Below, one piece after another: positions 17,622 through 26,289 of a DNA stretch of 36,482 bases. Numbering within the stretch: position 1 is the first letter of the stretch; each line of letters opens with the position of its first letter. Below the pieces are notes generated by a model. The model had not been told where the DNA came from. It ran no database searches and worked only from the letters and a program-made list of their open reading frames with translations. The DNA lies in assembly GCA_039638295.1 (NCBI GenBank), contig JBDIWJ010000014.1, positions 1-36,482 of the forward strand, written 5' to 3'. The DNA is from Candidatus Phoenicimicrobium oleiphilum (lineage in GTDB: Bacteria; Atribacterota; Phoenicimicrobiia; Phoenicimicrobiales; Phoenicimicrobiaceae). A program made the translations under genes and the position numbers.

Positions 17622-18725
17622 GTGGATATGCATATAAAAGGAATTGGAATAAATATAGATTCTCCCGCTATAGATGGGGACTTAGATTTATTAGAAAAGG
17701 CTTTAGGTAATATTCAGGACAACGGTTTTGATTATGCTGAAATACCTGTTCATGGGGTTGATGCAATTTTTAAAGGGAGACTAAATTGGCTGCAGACCAG
17801 GGTAATTATAGATATCTTAAAAAAATTTAAATTAAAGTATACTGTTCATGGCCCAGATTTACTAAATCTAATGGATCCCAGTAATTTTAAATTACAAAGG
17901 GAAATCTTTAAATCAGGGATTGAGTTTACTAATGCTATAGGGGCAGAAATTTTTATATATCATAGTGGTAAAATTCCTTTACAGGGAGAGATTAACGGGG
18001 AAGGGTTAAGGCAAAATGGATTACCAAAAGTCCCTTCTCCAAAAAAGATTGAAAGATCAAAGAAGATAGAAGTAAAAACTTTGCAAGAACTAGCTGATTT
18101 TGCTAAAAATCTTGGGGTGACCATTACTATTGAAAATACTTCTCCCGAGGTAGAAGAAGAGACTCTCTGGGAGTTATCAAAACGATTTAGTAATGGTAGA
18201 GTATTTCCTGCTCATACCCTTTCTCCTCAGACACCCAAGCCCATATTTTTACAAGAAGTCAGGAAGTATAAATATGGGACGAAGATTGAAGAATTAGTTG
18301 ACCAGGTTAAAAAGATTGACCGCGATAACATAGGGATTACCCTTGATTTTGGTCATGCTTATCTTGCCTCCAAATATTATCACTTCAGATTTTTAGATTC
18401 CATAAAATTAGCCCTGCCTTATGTAAAACATGTTCATATCCATGATTGTTTTGGTAAGTTTAAAGCCTCACCTGAAGATCGAGATATTGATCTCATTCAG
18501 TTTGGGATAGGTGATATGCATATGCCTATTGGCTGGGGAGAGATTCCTTATAAAAAGATATTCCGGCTATTAAAGGATTATAATGGGGTATTATCCTTGG
18601 AATTAAAACCCCGTTACAAGAGGTTTTATAGATATAGTTTAGAAAGAGTTAAAGAACTTATAGAAAGCATCGACAATAAGCACAAAATAAAAAAAATCTC
18701 TCCTTTTTCCAAGAACGATAATTAA
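17622..18725 (+). CDS. Xylose-isomerase-like/AP-endonuclease-2 TIM-barrel metalloenzyme
   Basis: Metal ligands TVH, YH, IEN, LDFGH, HIHD, DMH, LE. Start may be GTG 17622 or ATG 17628. Confidence 0.85.
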   Translation: MDMHIKGIGINIDSPAIDGDLDLLEKALGNIQDNGFDYAEIPVHGVDAIFKGRLNWLQTRVIIDILKKFKLKYTVHGPDLLNLMDPSNFKLQREIFKSGIEFTNAIGAEIFIYHSGKIPLQGEINGEGLRQNGLPKVPSPKKIERSKKIEVKTLQELADFAKNLGVTITIENTSPEVEEETLWELSKRFSNGRVFPAHTLSPQTPKPIFLQEVRKYKYGTKIEELVDQVKKIDRDNIGITLDFGHAYLASKYYHFRFLDSIKLALPYVKHVHIHDCFGKFKASPEDRDIDLIQFGIGDMHMPIGWGEIPYKKIFRLLKDYNGVLSLELKPRYKRFYRYSLERVKELIESIDNKHKIKKISPFSKNDN

Positions 18726-18880
18726 TGACAGATAAATTATTTTTTTCAGGCAAAAAAGCTTTAAGAAATTCATTGCACCAGTTTTCTTGATTATGGCTTC
18801 TCCTCCATTTTTAGTTTTGTGCAAAACAATTTATGAGAATTAGTTTTAAAAAATTTTTAAAAGGAGAAAAATTATACTGA

Positions 18881-19765
18881 ATGATAAAATTAAAAAGACT
18901 TTCTGACCAACCCATCCTATTACCCAAAAAAGAACACTCCTGGGAGAGGGCTGCAGTATTTAACTGTGCAGCCATATATGATAATGGTTTGGTACATATG
19001 ATTTACCGGGCTACTGATATTGCCCCCAACGGCAAAGAAGGCCTCTATATTAATCGACTTGGCTATGCCGTAAGTAAAGACGGCATTCACTTCAACCGCT
19101 TAGAAGAACCAATCTTATCTAATGATACAGAACAGGAGACTCAGGGACCAGAAGACCCCCGAATAGTTAAAATAGGTGATACCTTCTATATGATGTATAC
19201 TGGCTATAGCGGAAAGGATTTTAAAATATGTTTAGCCACCTCTAAAAACCTTATTGCCTGGGAAAGACAGGGCATAGTTCTTGATGAATCCAACAAAGAT
19301 GCCTCCCTATTCCCCGAAAAAATCAACGGTAAATATGTAATGTTACACCGAAGAGAACCAGATATTTGGATAGCCTATTCTTCCGACCTTAGAACTTGGT
19401 ATGACCATAAGATTATAATGAGACCTCTACCCGAATCTGCTTGGGAATACAATAAAATAGGGATAGCTGGACCCCCCATTAAAACAGAGCAGGGTTGGTT
19501 CTTAATCTACCACGGGACAAGTAAAGAGAAAGGTTATTGCCTGGGAGCAGCCTTACTTGATTTGAATGACCCTTCAAAGGTTTTAGCCAGACAGGCCGAA
19601 CCGATCTTGGAACCTGAACTCGATTGGGAAATAAATGGCTATATCCCTAAAGTAGTATTTAGTTGTGGACAGGCAGAAATGGGTGACAGAATCCTGGTTT
19701 ATTATGGCGGGGCAGATACGGTAATTGGGGTTGCTGAGCTTAATAAAACATATATAAAGATGTAG
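18881..19765 (+). CDS. GH130 beta-mannoside phosphorylase (beta-1,2-oligomannan phosphorylase-like)
   Basis: VFN, YRA, EDPR, NKD..LFPEKI, LHR, KIG.AGPP, IYH, YYGGAD. The basic phosphate-binding R/K/H residues are retained. No signal peptide. Confidence 0.9.
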   Translation: MIKLKRLSDQPILLPKKEHSWERAAVFNCAAIYDNGLVHMIYRATDIAPNGKEGLYINRLGYAVSKDGIHFNRLEEPILSNDTEQETQGPEDPRIVKIGDTFYMMYTGYSGKDFKICLATSKNLIAWERQGIVLDESNKDASLFPEKINGKYVMLHRREPDIWIAYSSDLRTWYDHKIIMRPLPESAWEYNKIGIAGPPIKTEQGWFLIYHGTSKEKGYCLGAALLDLNDPSKVLARQAEPILEPELDWEINGYIPKVVFSCGQAEMGDRILVYYGGADTVIGVAELNKTYIKM

Positions 19766-19801
19766 ATAGAAAGTGTAATAAAAATAATAAGGGGAAACCT
19801 A

Positions 19802-20854
19802 ATGAATTATTTAATTAATCATAACAAAATAATAACCATTGTTTTTTTGGTAATTTTGGTTTGTCAATTAGGATTTCATCACAGTGTAGTAATTGAAGTT
19901 TTATCTGAATCGAATTCTACTGAAACTTGTGATGAATTCCCTAATTTAGAAAAAGATTTTCCTTGGATGATCGGCCCCTGGGTAAAATATCCTCACAATC
20001 CCATATTAACTGCCGGAGATTATGAGTGGGAATCTAAAAATGTTTTAAATCCTACCGCTATAGTGAAAGATGATAAGGTGTATTTATTTTACCGAGCCCA
20101 AAATGATAAACGAGTTTCTTGTATTGGTCTAGCTATTAGTGATGATGGCTATAACTTCGAAAAACAGAGTAAACCTGTATTGGTCCCCACTGAGGAATAT
20201 GAATTTGCGGGGGTGGAAGATCCGAGAATTGTAGAAATTGATGGAATATATTATATGACTTATACAGGATGGATTTACCATACAAATTACTTGTGTTTGG
20301 CAGTATCAAAAGATTTTATTCATTGGGAGAAAAAAGGGAAAATTTTACCTGATTGGCCTATGGCGAGTAAATCAGGAGCAATTGTGCCTAAAAAAATTAA
20401 CGGCAAATATTATATGTATTTTGGAGATACGGATATATTTATTGCTACTTCAGAAAATTTAATTGATTGGGAACCTCAAATAAAGCCGGTGCTTAATAGG
20501 AGATTTAGGGAAAAAGAAAATGGAGAAAGATATTTTGATTCTTTGTTAGTAGAGCCAGGGCCAACTCCTATTATTACTGAACAGGGAATTTTATTAATAT
20601 ATAATGGTGCCAATTTCTCTAAAGAATATGCAACTGGAGAAGTACTTTTTTCCTTAGAAGATCCTAAAGTAGTTCTAAAGAGAACAGATATGCCAGTTCT
20701 TAAAGTAGATAATGTGTTGGAAGAAAAAGGGGAAGTGAACAATGTAGTTTTTTCAGAGGGTTTAGTACAATTTAACGATAAATGGTTTTTATATTTTGGT
20801 ATGGCTGATTCAAGGATTGGTGTTGCTGTGGCTGATTTAAAGTTTGTTCAATAG
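19802..20854 (+). CDS. GH130 hydrolase-type beta-mannosidase, exported or membrane-anchored
   Basis: N-terminal hydrophobic segment. LNP, YRAQ, EDPR, SKSG, MYFGD, VEPGP, YNG, VFSEG. Lacks the phosphorylase R/K/H residues. Confidence 0.85.
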   Translation: MNYLINHNKIITIVFLVILVCQLGFHHSVVIEVLSESNSTETCDEFPNLEKDFPWMIGPWVKYPHNPILTAGDYEWESKNVLNPTAIVKDDKVYLFYRAQNDKRVSCIGLAISDDGYNFEKQSKPVLVPTEEYEFAGVEDPRIVEIDGIYYMTYTGWIYHTNYLCLAVSKDFIHWEKKGKILPDWPMASKSGAIVPKKINGKYYMYFGDTDIFIATSENLIDWEPQIKPVLNRRFREKENGERYFDSLLVEPGPTPIITEQGILLIYNGANFSKEYATGEVLFSLEDPKVVLKRTDMPVLKVDNVLEEKGEVNNVVFSEGLVQFNDKWFLYFGMADSRIGVAVADLKFVQ

Positions 20855-21014
20855 ATTTAATTTTCTACCCTATTTTAATAGAAAAGCTATAATATTAGCG
20901 GCAAGACTCTCTCACTTATCTATATTTTTTAAATGATAGTTTTAACTATATGACGATAATATATTTATATTAAGGTTTAATGAAGAAAAATAGAAAATTA
21001 GATATAAAAATAAT

Positions 21015-21043
21015 TTGCATTTTTTTATTTTATGATGTATAAT
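21015..21043 (+). promoter_or_regulatory. Sigma70 promoter of the LacI-GH65 operon
   Basis: TTGCAT-N17-TATAAT immediately upstream of operator 1. Confidence 0.7.
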
Positions 21044-21051
21044 TTTAAAAA

Positions 21052-21069
21052 TACTTAAACGTTAAAGTA
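21052..21069. promoter_or_regulatory. LacI-family operator 1
   Basis: TACTTAAAC/GTTAAAGTA near-palindrome with a central CG. Exact repeat at 21122. Confidence 0.85.
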
Positions 21070-21121
21070 GCCCTCAAATTTTAAATACTTTGCAATTGAA
21101 AAATTATATTTTTTAAGTAAT

Positions 21122-21139
21122 TACTTAAACGTTAAAGTA
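21122..21139. promoter_or_regulatory. LacI-family operator 2
   Basis: Identical copy 70 bp downstream of operator 1. Confidence 0.85.
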
Positions 21140-21201
21140 GATTTTATCTTTATGTTATAGAAGTATATAAACAGTCTTGGTAAAAGGAGAGGAAACCGGA
21201 A

Positions 21202-22254
21202 ATGAGTGTTACCATTAAGGATGTTGCTGAAAGATTAGGAGTTTCAGCTGTAGCAGTTTCTAAAGCCTTAAATGATCGAAAAGACATTAGTGAAAAACTT
21301 AAAAGAAAAGTTCGCGAAACAGCAAGAAAGTTAAATTATACTCCTAATTCAATTGCTAAAAGATTAGTAACTAATAAAAGTAATACTATTGGAGTATTTA
21401 TATTTAGTAGGCAAGAACATACTTTTAGCAAAGACTTAGGTTTACAGTTTTTAGGCGGCATCTTAGAAGAAGCCAATAAAAATAATTATGACATCGTTAT
21501 TTTTTCAATTGATAGTGACCTTTTAAATAAAAAGTCATATATAGAATTATGTAAGGAGCGAAAGGCGGAAGGAGCAATATTCACTGGCTTACGATTAGAT
21601 GACCCTCATATTGGAAAAATTAAAAATTCTACTTTCCCTATCTCAATTATTGATACTTTTATAGAAGGTAAAAATGTTAATTTTGTCAGTACCGATAATA
21701 AGTTAGGTGTTCGGTTAGCCTTAGATTATCTATGGGGACTCGGTCATCGAAGAATTGCTATGATTAATGGTCATAGAAATGCTCAGGTTTCCCGGAAAAG
21801 ATTAAATGCTTATCGAGATTATTTGAAAGAAAGAGAAGTTTATGATGAAAGATTGGTTTTTAGAGGGGATTTTACCGAAGATAGCGGCTATCAATGTGCT
21901 AAAAAAATAATGAGATTAAAAGAACTTCCAACTGCTATTTTTGTTGCCAGTGATTTGATGGCATTGGGAGTTATAAAAGCTTTTAAAGAAAGCAGTTTTA
22001 AATTGCCTGAAGATATGTCCATTATTGGTTTTGATAATATTAGTATAGGGGAATATATTGAGCCGAGCTTAACTACCATTGGACAGGATGCTGTTGGCAT
22101 GGGGAAATGGTCTGTGAGATTAATCTTAAACGAAATAAAAGGAATAAGATTGCAGAAAAAATGTTTGTTAAAACCAAAATTAATAATTAGAGATTCTTGT
22201 AGCATAGTTAATGATGGTAAATTGCATAAACAACTTAAGGAGAGACTTGAGTAA
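21202..22254 (+). CDS. LacI-family transcriptional regulator
   Basis: TIKDVAERLGVS..VSKALN HTH, YTPN hinge, LGHRRIA, IIGFDN, LTTI. Confidence 0.96.
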   Translation: MSVTIKDVAERLGVSAVAVSKALNDRKDISEKLKRKVRETARKLNYTPNSIAKRLVTNKSNTIGVFIFSRQEHTFSKDLGLQFLGGILEEANKNNYDIVIFSIDSDLLNKKSYIELCKERKAEGAIFTGLRLDDPHIGKIKNSTFPISIIDTFIEGKNVNFVSTDNKLGVRLALDYLWGLGHRRIAMINGHRNAQVSRKRLNAYRDYLKEREVYDERLVFRGDFTEDSGYQCAKKIMRLKELPTAIFVASDLMALGVIKAFKESSFKLPEDMSIIGFDNISIGEYIEPSLTTIGQDAVGMGKWSVRLILNEIKGIRLQKKCLLKPKLIIRDSCSIVNDGKLHKQLKERLE

Positions 22255-22354
22255 ATTTTAAAAATGAAAGGAGGGGATAGATGATATAAAAATCATAACC
22301 GACTGAAGTATGCTTATCCAGTAATTTTGAAATTAAAATTTATGGAGGAGAAAA

Positions 22355-23605
22355 ATGAAAAGAATTTTAATTATTTTGTTGGTGTTGAGTATATTATCTA
22401 TCTTTTCGGTAACAAGTTTAGCAGGAGTTGAGGTAAGAATCGTAGGATGGGGTGGAGTCGACCAGTCTATTGTGGAAGAATTAATTAATATTTTTGTTGT
22501 GCCTGAATTAGCTGGCAAAGGGATAACTGCAATCTATGAGCCAATTGTAGATGATTTTCAGAAGAATTTAATTAATTCCCTTTCTGCAGGTACAGCTGGA
22601 GACCTATTTTATATGGATATCTTCTGGGCAGAATATATAATTAAGGCTGGACAAGTAGAACCATTGGATGACTATCTGACCAAATCAACTGTTATAAGCA
22701 AAGATGATATAATTCCCTCTTTACTAAATGCATTTACCTTTGATGGCAAAGTATACGGTATCCCCAAAGATTTTAATTCCCTTGCCTTAGTCTACAATAA
22801 AGACCTTTTTGATGTTGCAGGAGTACCATATCCTGACGAAAATGATACTTGGGATGATTTGGAAAATAAATTAGCAAAAGTTGTGGAAGCCTTTAATGGT
22901 GAAGTAGCTGGTTTAGCATTAGCACCTGAATTTGCCAGATTTGGAGCATTTGCCTATGCTGCTGGTTGGGAACCCTTTGTAGATGGAAAGACCAATCTTA
23001 TGGATCCAGCTTTTAAAGAGGCATTTAACTGGTATACAGGATTAAAAGAAAAAGGCTTAGGAGTTATGCCAGCTGATATTGGCCAAGGTTGGGGAGGCGG
23101 TGCCCTTACTACTGAAAAAGTCGCTGCTGCCTTAGAAGGTGCATGGATTCTTGGTTTCTTAAGGGATAATGCCCCCAATTTAAAATACGGAGCTACCCTA
23201 TTGCCCAAAAACCCCAGGACTGGCCAACGAGGTAATTTCATTTACACTGTAGCCTGGGGGTTAAATGCGAATTCCAATAACAAAGATGCTGCCTTTAAGG
23301 TTTTGGAGGCTTTAACCAGTCCAGCAGCTCAGCAATGGATTTTGGAACGAGGTTTAGCTATACCCAGTCGTAAGGCTTTAGCTGATAATCCTTATTTCGA
23401 AAAAGATACACCAGAAGCGCAAGCCAATAAAATAGTTTTTCTGGGAGCATCTGCAGGGAATGTAAAACCATTTAAGTTTAAAGAATATGGAGACCAATGG
23501 ATGAATCCGATTAATATCGCTTTATCTGAAGTAATGAGCGGACAAAAGACAGCTGATGAAGCATTAGAGATAGCCCAGGAACAATTAAATGAGTTAATGA
23601 AGTAA
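22355..23605 (+). CDS. CUT1 sugar ABC substrate-binding protein
   Basis: Signal peptide, DLFY, YGIPKD, LVYNKDLF, EGAW. GGAGG RBS. Confidence 0.93.
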   Translation: MKRILIILLVLSILSIFSVTSLAGVEVRIVGWGGVDQSIVEELINIFVVPELAGKGITAIYEPIVDDFQKNLINSLSAGTAGDLFYMDIFWAEYIIKAGQVEPLDDYLTKSTVISKDDIIPSLLNAFTFDGKVYGIPKDFNSLALVYNKDLFDVAGVPYPDENDTWDDLENKLAKVVEAFNGEVAGLALAPEFARFGAFAYAAGWEPFVDGKTNLMDPAFKEAFNWYTGLKEKGLGVMPADIGQGWGGGALTTEKVAAALEGAWILGFLRDNAPNLKYGATLLPKNPRTGQRGNFIYTVAWGLNANSNNKDAAFKVLEALTSPAAQQWILERGLAIPSRKALADNPYFEKDTPEAQANKIVFLGASAGNVKPFKFKEYGDQWMNPINIALSEVMSGQKTADEALEIAQEQLNELMK

Positions 23606-23624
23606 GCAGTAGAGTTAAATAATC

Positions 23625-23654
23625 GGGGGAGAGAATTGTCTCTTCCCCCTTTTT
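23625..23654 (+). terminator. GC-rich stem plus U-tract after the binding-protein gene
   Basis: GGGGGAGAGA-ATTG-TCTCTTCCCCC-TTTTT. Confidence 0.8.
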
Positions 23655-23717
23655 ATTTATTAATTTTAAATTATTATTTTAAGAGTATGGTTGGAATAAT
23701 AAAAGGATGTGAAAAGT

Positions 23718-24842
23718 ATGGAAAATAAATGGAGCTCTTTGAAAGAAAAAACAGCTCCCTATATTCTTTTATCTCCTTTTTTATTTGGATTTATAATATT
23801 TTTCGGTTATGCTTTTATCAGGTCTTTATATTTTAGTTTTACCGATTATGACCTCTTTTCAATACCAAATTGGGTAGGTATTAAGAACTATATAAATCTT
23901 TTTAAAGAACATTTATTTGCCACAGCCCTGAGAAACTCATTGACTTTTGCCATTATTGTTACTACTTTGCAGACAATCTTTGCATTACTTTTAGCAGTAG
24001 TTATGAATCAGAAGATTAGAGGTATTAGATATTTTCGAGCAGCTTATTATATGCCCAGTGTTACCTCCAGTATTGTTATTACTTTGATTTTTATGTGGAT
24101 GTTTCAAAGACAAGGGGTTATAAACTATCTTTTAACTATTTTTCGTCGGTATGGTTTAATAATAGGGGTTTTCCTGACTTTCTTAGTGGGAATACAATTA
24201 TTGTTAGTAGTTAGAGAAAAATTAAGGAGTAGGCCAGTTGAATATTTTGAACCCGGTTATATTATTTTATCTATTATTTTAGCTGCCATCATTACCTATG
24301 TACTTAAAGACTTTGGCATTATCAAACCAATCGAAGCAAAGGCGGTCGATATATTTTGGTTAAATACAAGGGAAAAAGTTCCTTTTTGGGGAGGGCCCTT
24401 TGCTTTCCCTCGACCTTTGGGTGCTATAATGATCTTAAATATCTGGACTACTACTCCTACATTTATGATACTTTATTTAGCTGGGTTACAGGATATCCCT
24501 CGAGTATTATATGAAGCTGCTGATGTAGATGGAGCTACAGGTTTGCAAAAATTATGGTATATTACCGTTCCTCAACTCAAACATATAACTTTTCTAGTAG
24601 TTACCTTAGGGTTAATCGGTACCTTGCAAATGTTTGATCAGGTTAAAATTATTGGTAATCAAGCACCTCTAGAGTCTACTATAACTCTGGCTTATTATGT
24701 ATATCAAAGTGCATTTCCAGGTGCTTCTGCCCCAAAAGTAGGCATGGCTAGTGCTGCTGCCATTATTTTAGCAGTCTTAACTCTTACTGTAGTTCTAATT
24801 CAGAAAATATTTTCCGGAGAAGGAAGAGAATTAAGAGATTAA
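23718..24842 (+). CDS. CUT1 ABC permease (MalF-like) with extra TM hairpin
   Basis: YEAADVDGA loop, QMFDQ. ATG 23718 fits the AAGGA spacing better than GTG 23709. Confidence 0.92.
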   Translation: MENKWSSLKEKTAPYILLSPFLFGFIIFFGYAFIRSLYFSFTDYDLFSIPNWVGIKNYINLFKEHLFATALRNSLTFAIIVTTLQTIFALLLAVVMNQKIRGIRYFRAAYYMPSVTSSIVITLIFMWMFQRQGVINYLLTIFRRYGLIIGVFLTFLVGIQLLLVVREKLRSRPVEYFEPGYIILSIILAAIITYVLKDFGIIKPIEAKAVDIFWLNTREKVPFWGGPFAFPRPLGAIMILNIWTTTPTFMILYLAGLQDIPRVLYEAADVDGATGLQKLWYITVPQLKHITFLVVTLGLIGTLQMFDQVKIIGNQAPLESTITLAYYVYQSAFPGASAPKVGMASAAAIILAVLTLTVVLIQKIFSGEGRELRD

Positions 24843-26227
24843 TGAAAATTCAACAGAATTATGATAATGATGTAAATCTAAAAATTAAACGTCGACGCTG
24901 GATGAATGTAGGACTAATTTATCTAATTTTATTGCTATTTTCCGTACTTTTTATGGGGACTTTTCTCTTTGGGGCAATATCGAGTTTGAAAGATAATCCC
25001 GGTAGCTGGCCTCCAACTCTAAAGACAGAACAATTATCTCTAAAAAATTGGATAGGAGCTTATAAACTTGCCCGACAAGGAGGCGGTAGTGGTTTTTTTG
25101 GAGAATTAAAATCCGGGTATAAAGTTTCTTTGGAGGTTACTTATAAATATCCCAAGGGAATTGAAATTCAACCCCCTCAAATAATTATTCCAAAAAGATT
25201 CAAAGGAACAGGGAGAACTGCCTTAGAATTAGATAGAGAATTTACCGCTGATTTTGTTGAAACTAAACCAGCAAAAGAGATTGATCGGATACCAGAAAAG
25301 GACGGGACTCAAGTCAGTTATAAGGTTATTGTAATAAACACTAGCCAAAAAGACTTTAGCGAATTGCCATTAGATTTGGTAGTTCCATACAAGGTAAAAT
25401 TTATAAAAGCAACCCTTTTTCCAAATCGAATTGAGCGTTTAGGTATGGTACAAAGCTGGAATAATTTAGTAAGTGGAGTAATTCCTTACGTTTTTCATAA
25501 TCACTTTAGAGTTTTTAATGAGAATTATAGCCGTAGTACTGGGAAGCGGCTTTTTACTACTTGGATATTTAATTCCTTTTTTATTTGTATAATTAAAGTT
25601 ATTACAACTCTGATATTTGCTTCGATGGCTGGATATGCTTTAGCGAGGCTTAGATTTTATGGTAAAAATACCCTATTTATTTTCATACTTTTCTCAATGA
25701 TGATTCCTGGGCAGGTAACTTTTATTTCAAATTATCTGGTATTACGGGATGGTATTTTTGGTTTAACTAAATTATTTGGTGGCGGGAGTCTTCTAAATAC
25801 CTTTACTGGATTAATTATTTCTGGATTAGTTGGTGCCAGTGCTGTTTTTATAATGAAACAATTTTTTGAGGGTTTACCCAGAGAAATGGAAGAGGCGGCT
25901 CGGATTGATGGTGCCAGTACTTATCAAATTTTTGCAAAAATAATGCTTCCACTGGCAAAACCCGCGCTGGGGGCACTTACTATTTTGACCTTCCAGGGAG
26001 TATGGAATGAATTTTTCTGGCCTTTAGTTGTATTGACCTCACCGATGGATAAGTTTACTTTAACTATAGGTTTGTTGAGTTTTAAAGATACCTATGCATC
26101 TGGAACTTTTGATTGGGGGCCAATCCTGGCAGGGGCAATTATTTCAGCTTTGCCAGTTATAATTCTCTTTATTGTTTTTCAACGTTATTTTATAGAAGGG
26201 ATAAGTTTCAGTGGGATAAAAGGCTAA
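24842..26227 (+). CDS. CUT1 ABC permease (MalG-like) with large extracytoplasmic insertion
   Basis: AGYALAR, EEAARIDGA, WNEFFWP, FQRYF. TAATG overlap with the upstream gene. Confidence 0.92.
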   Translation: MKIQQNYDNDVNLKIKRRRWMNVGLIYLILLLFSVLFMGTFLFGAISSLKDNPGSWPPTLKTEQLSLKNWIGAYKLARQGGGSGFFGELKSGYKVSLEVTYKYPKGIEIQPPQIIIPKRFKGTGRTALELDREFTADFVETKPAKEIDRIPEKDGTQVSYKVIVINTSQKDFSELPLDLVVPYKVKFIKATLFPNRIERLGMVQSWNNLVSGVIPYVFHNHFRVFNENYSRSTGKRLFTTWIFNSFFICIIKVITTLIFASMAGYALARLRFYGKNTLFIFILFSMMIPGQVTFISNYLVLRDGIFGLTKLFGGGSLLNTFTGLIISGLVGASAVFIMKQFFEGLPREMEEAARIDGASTYQIFAKIMLPLAKPALGALTILTFQGVWNEFFWPLVVLTSPMDKFTLTIGLLSFKDTYASGTFDWGPILAGAIISALPVIILFIVFQRYFIEGISFSGIKG

Positions 26228-26289
26228 ATTTAGTACCAATTCTTCACTCAATCATTTTCTTTATTTTTCATATAAGATAGGAGTTGATT

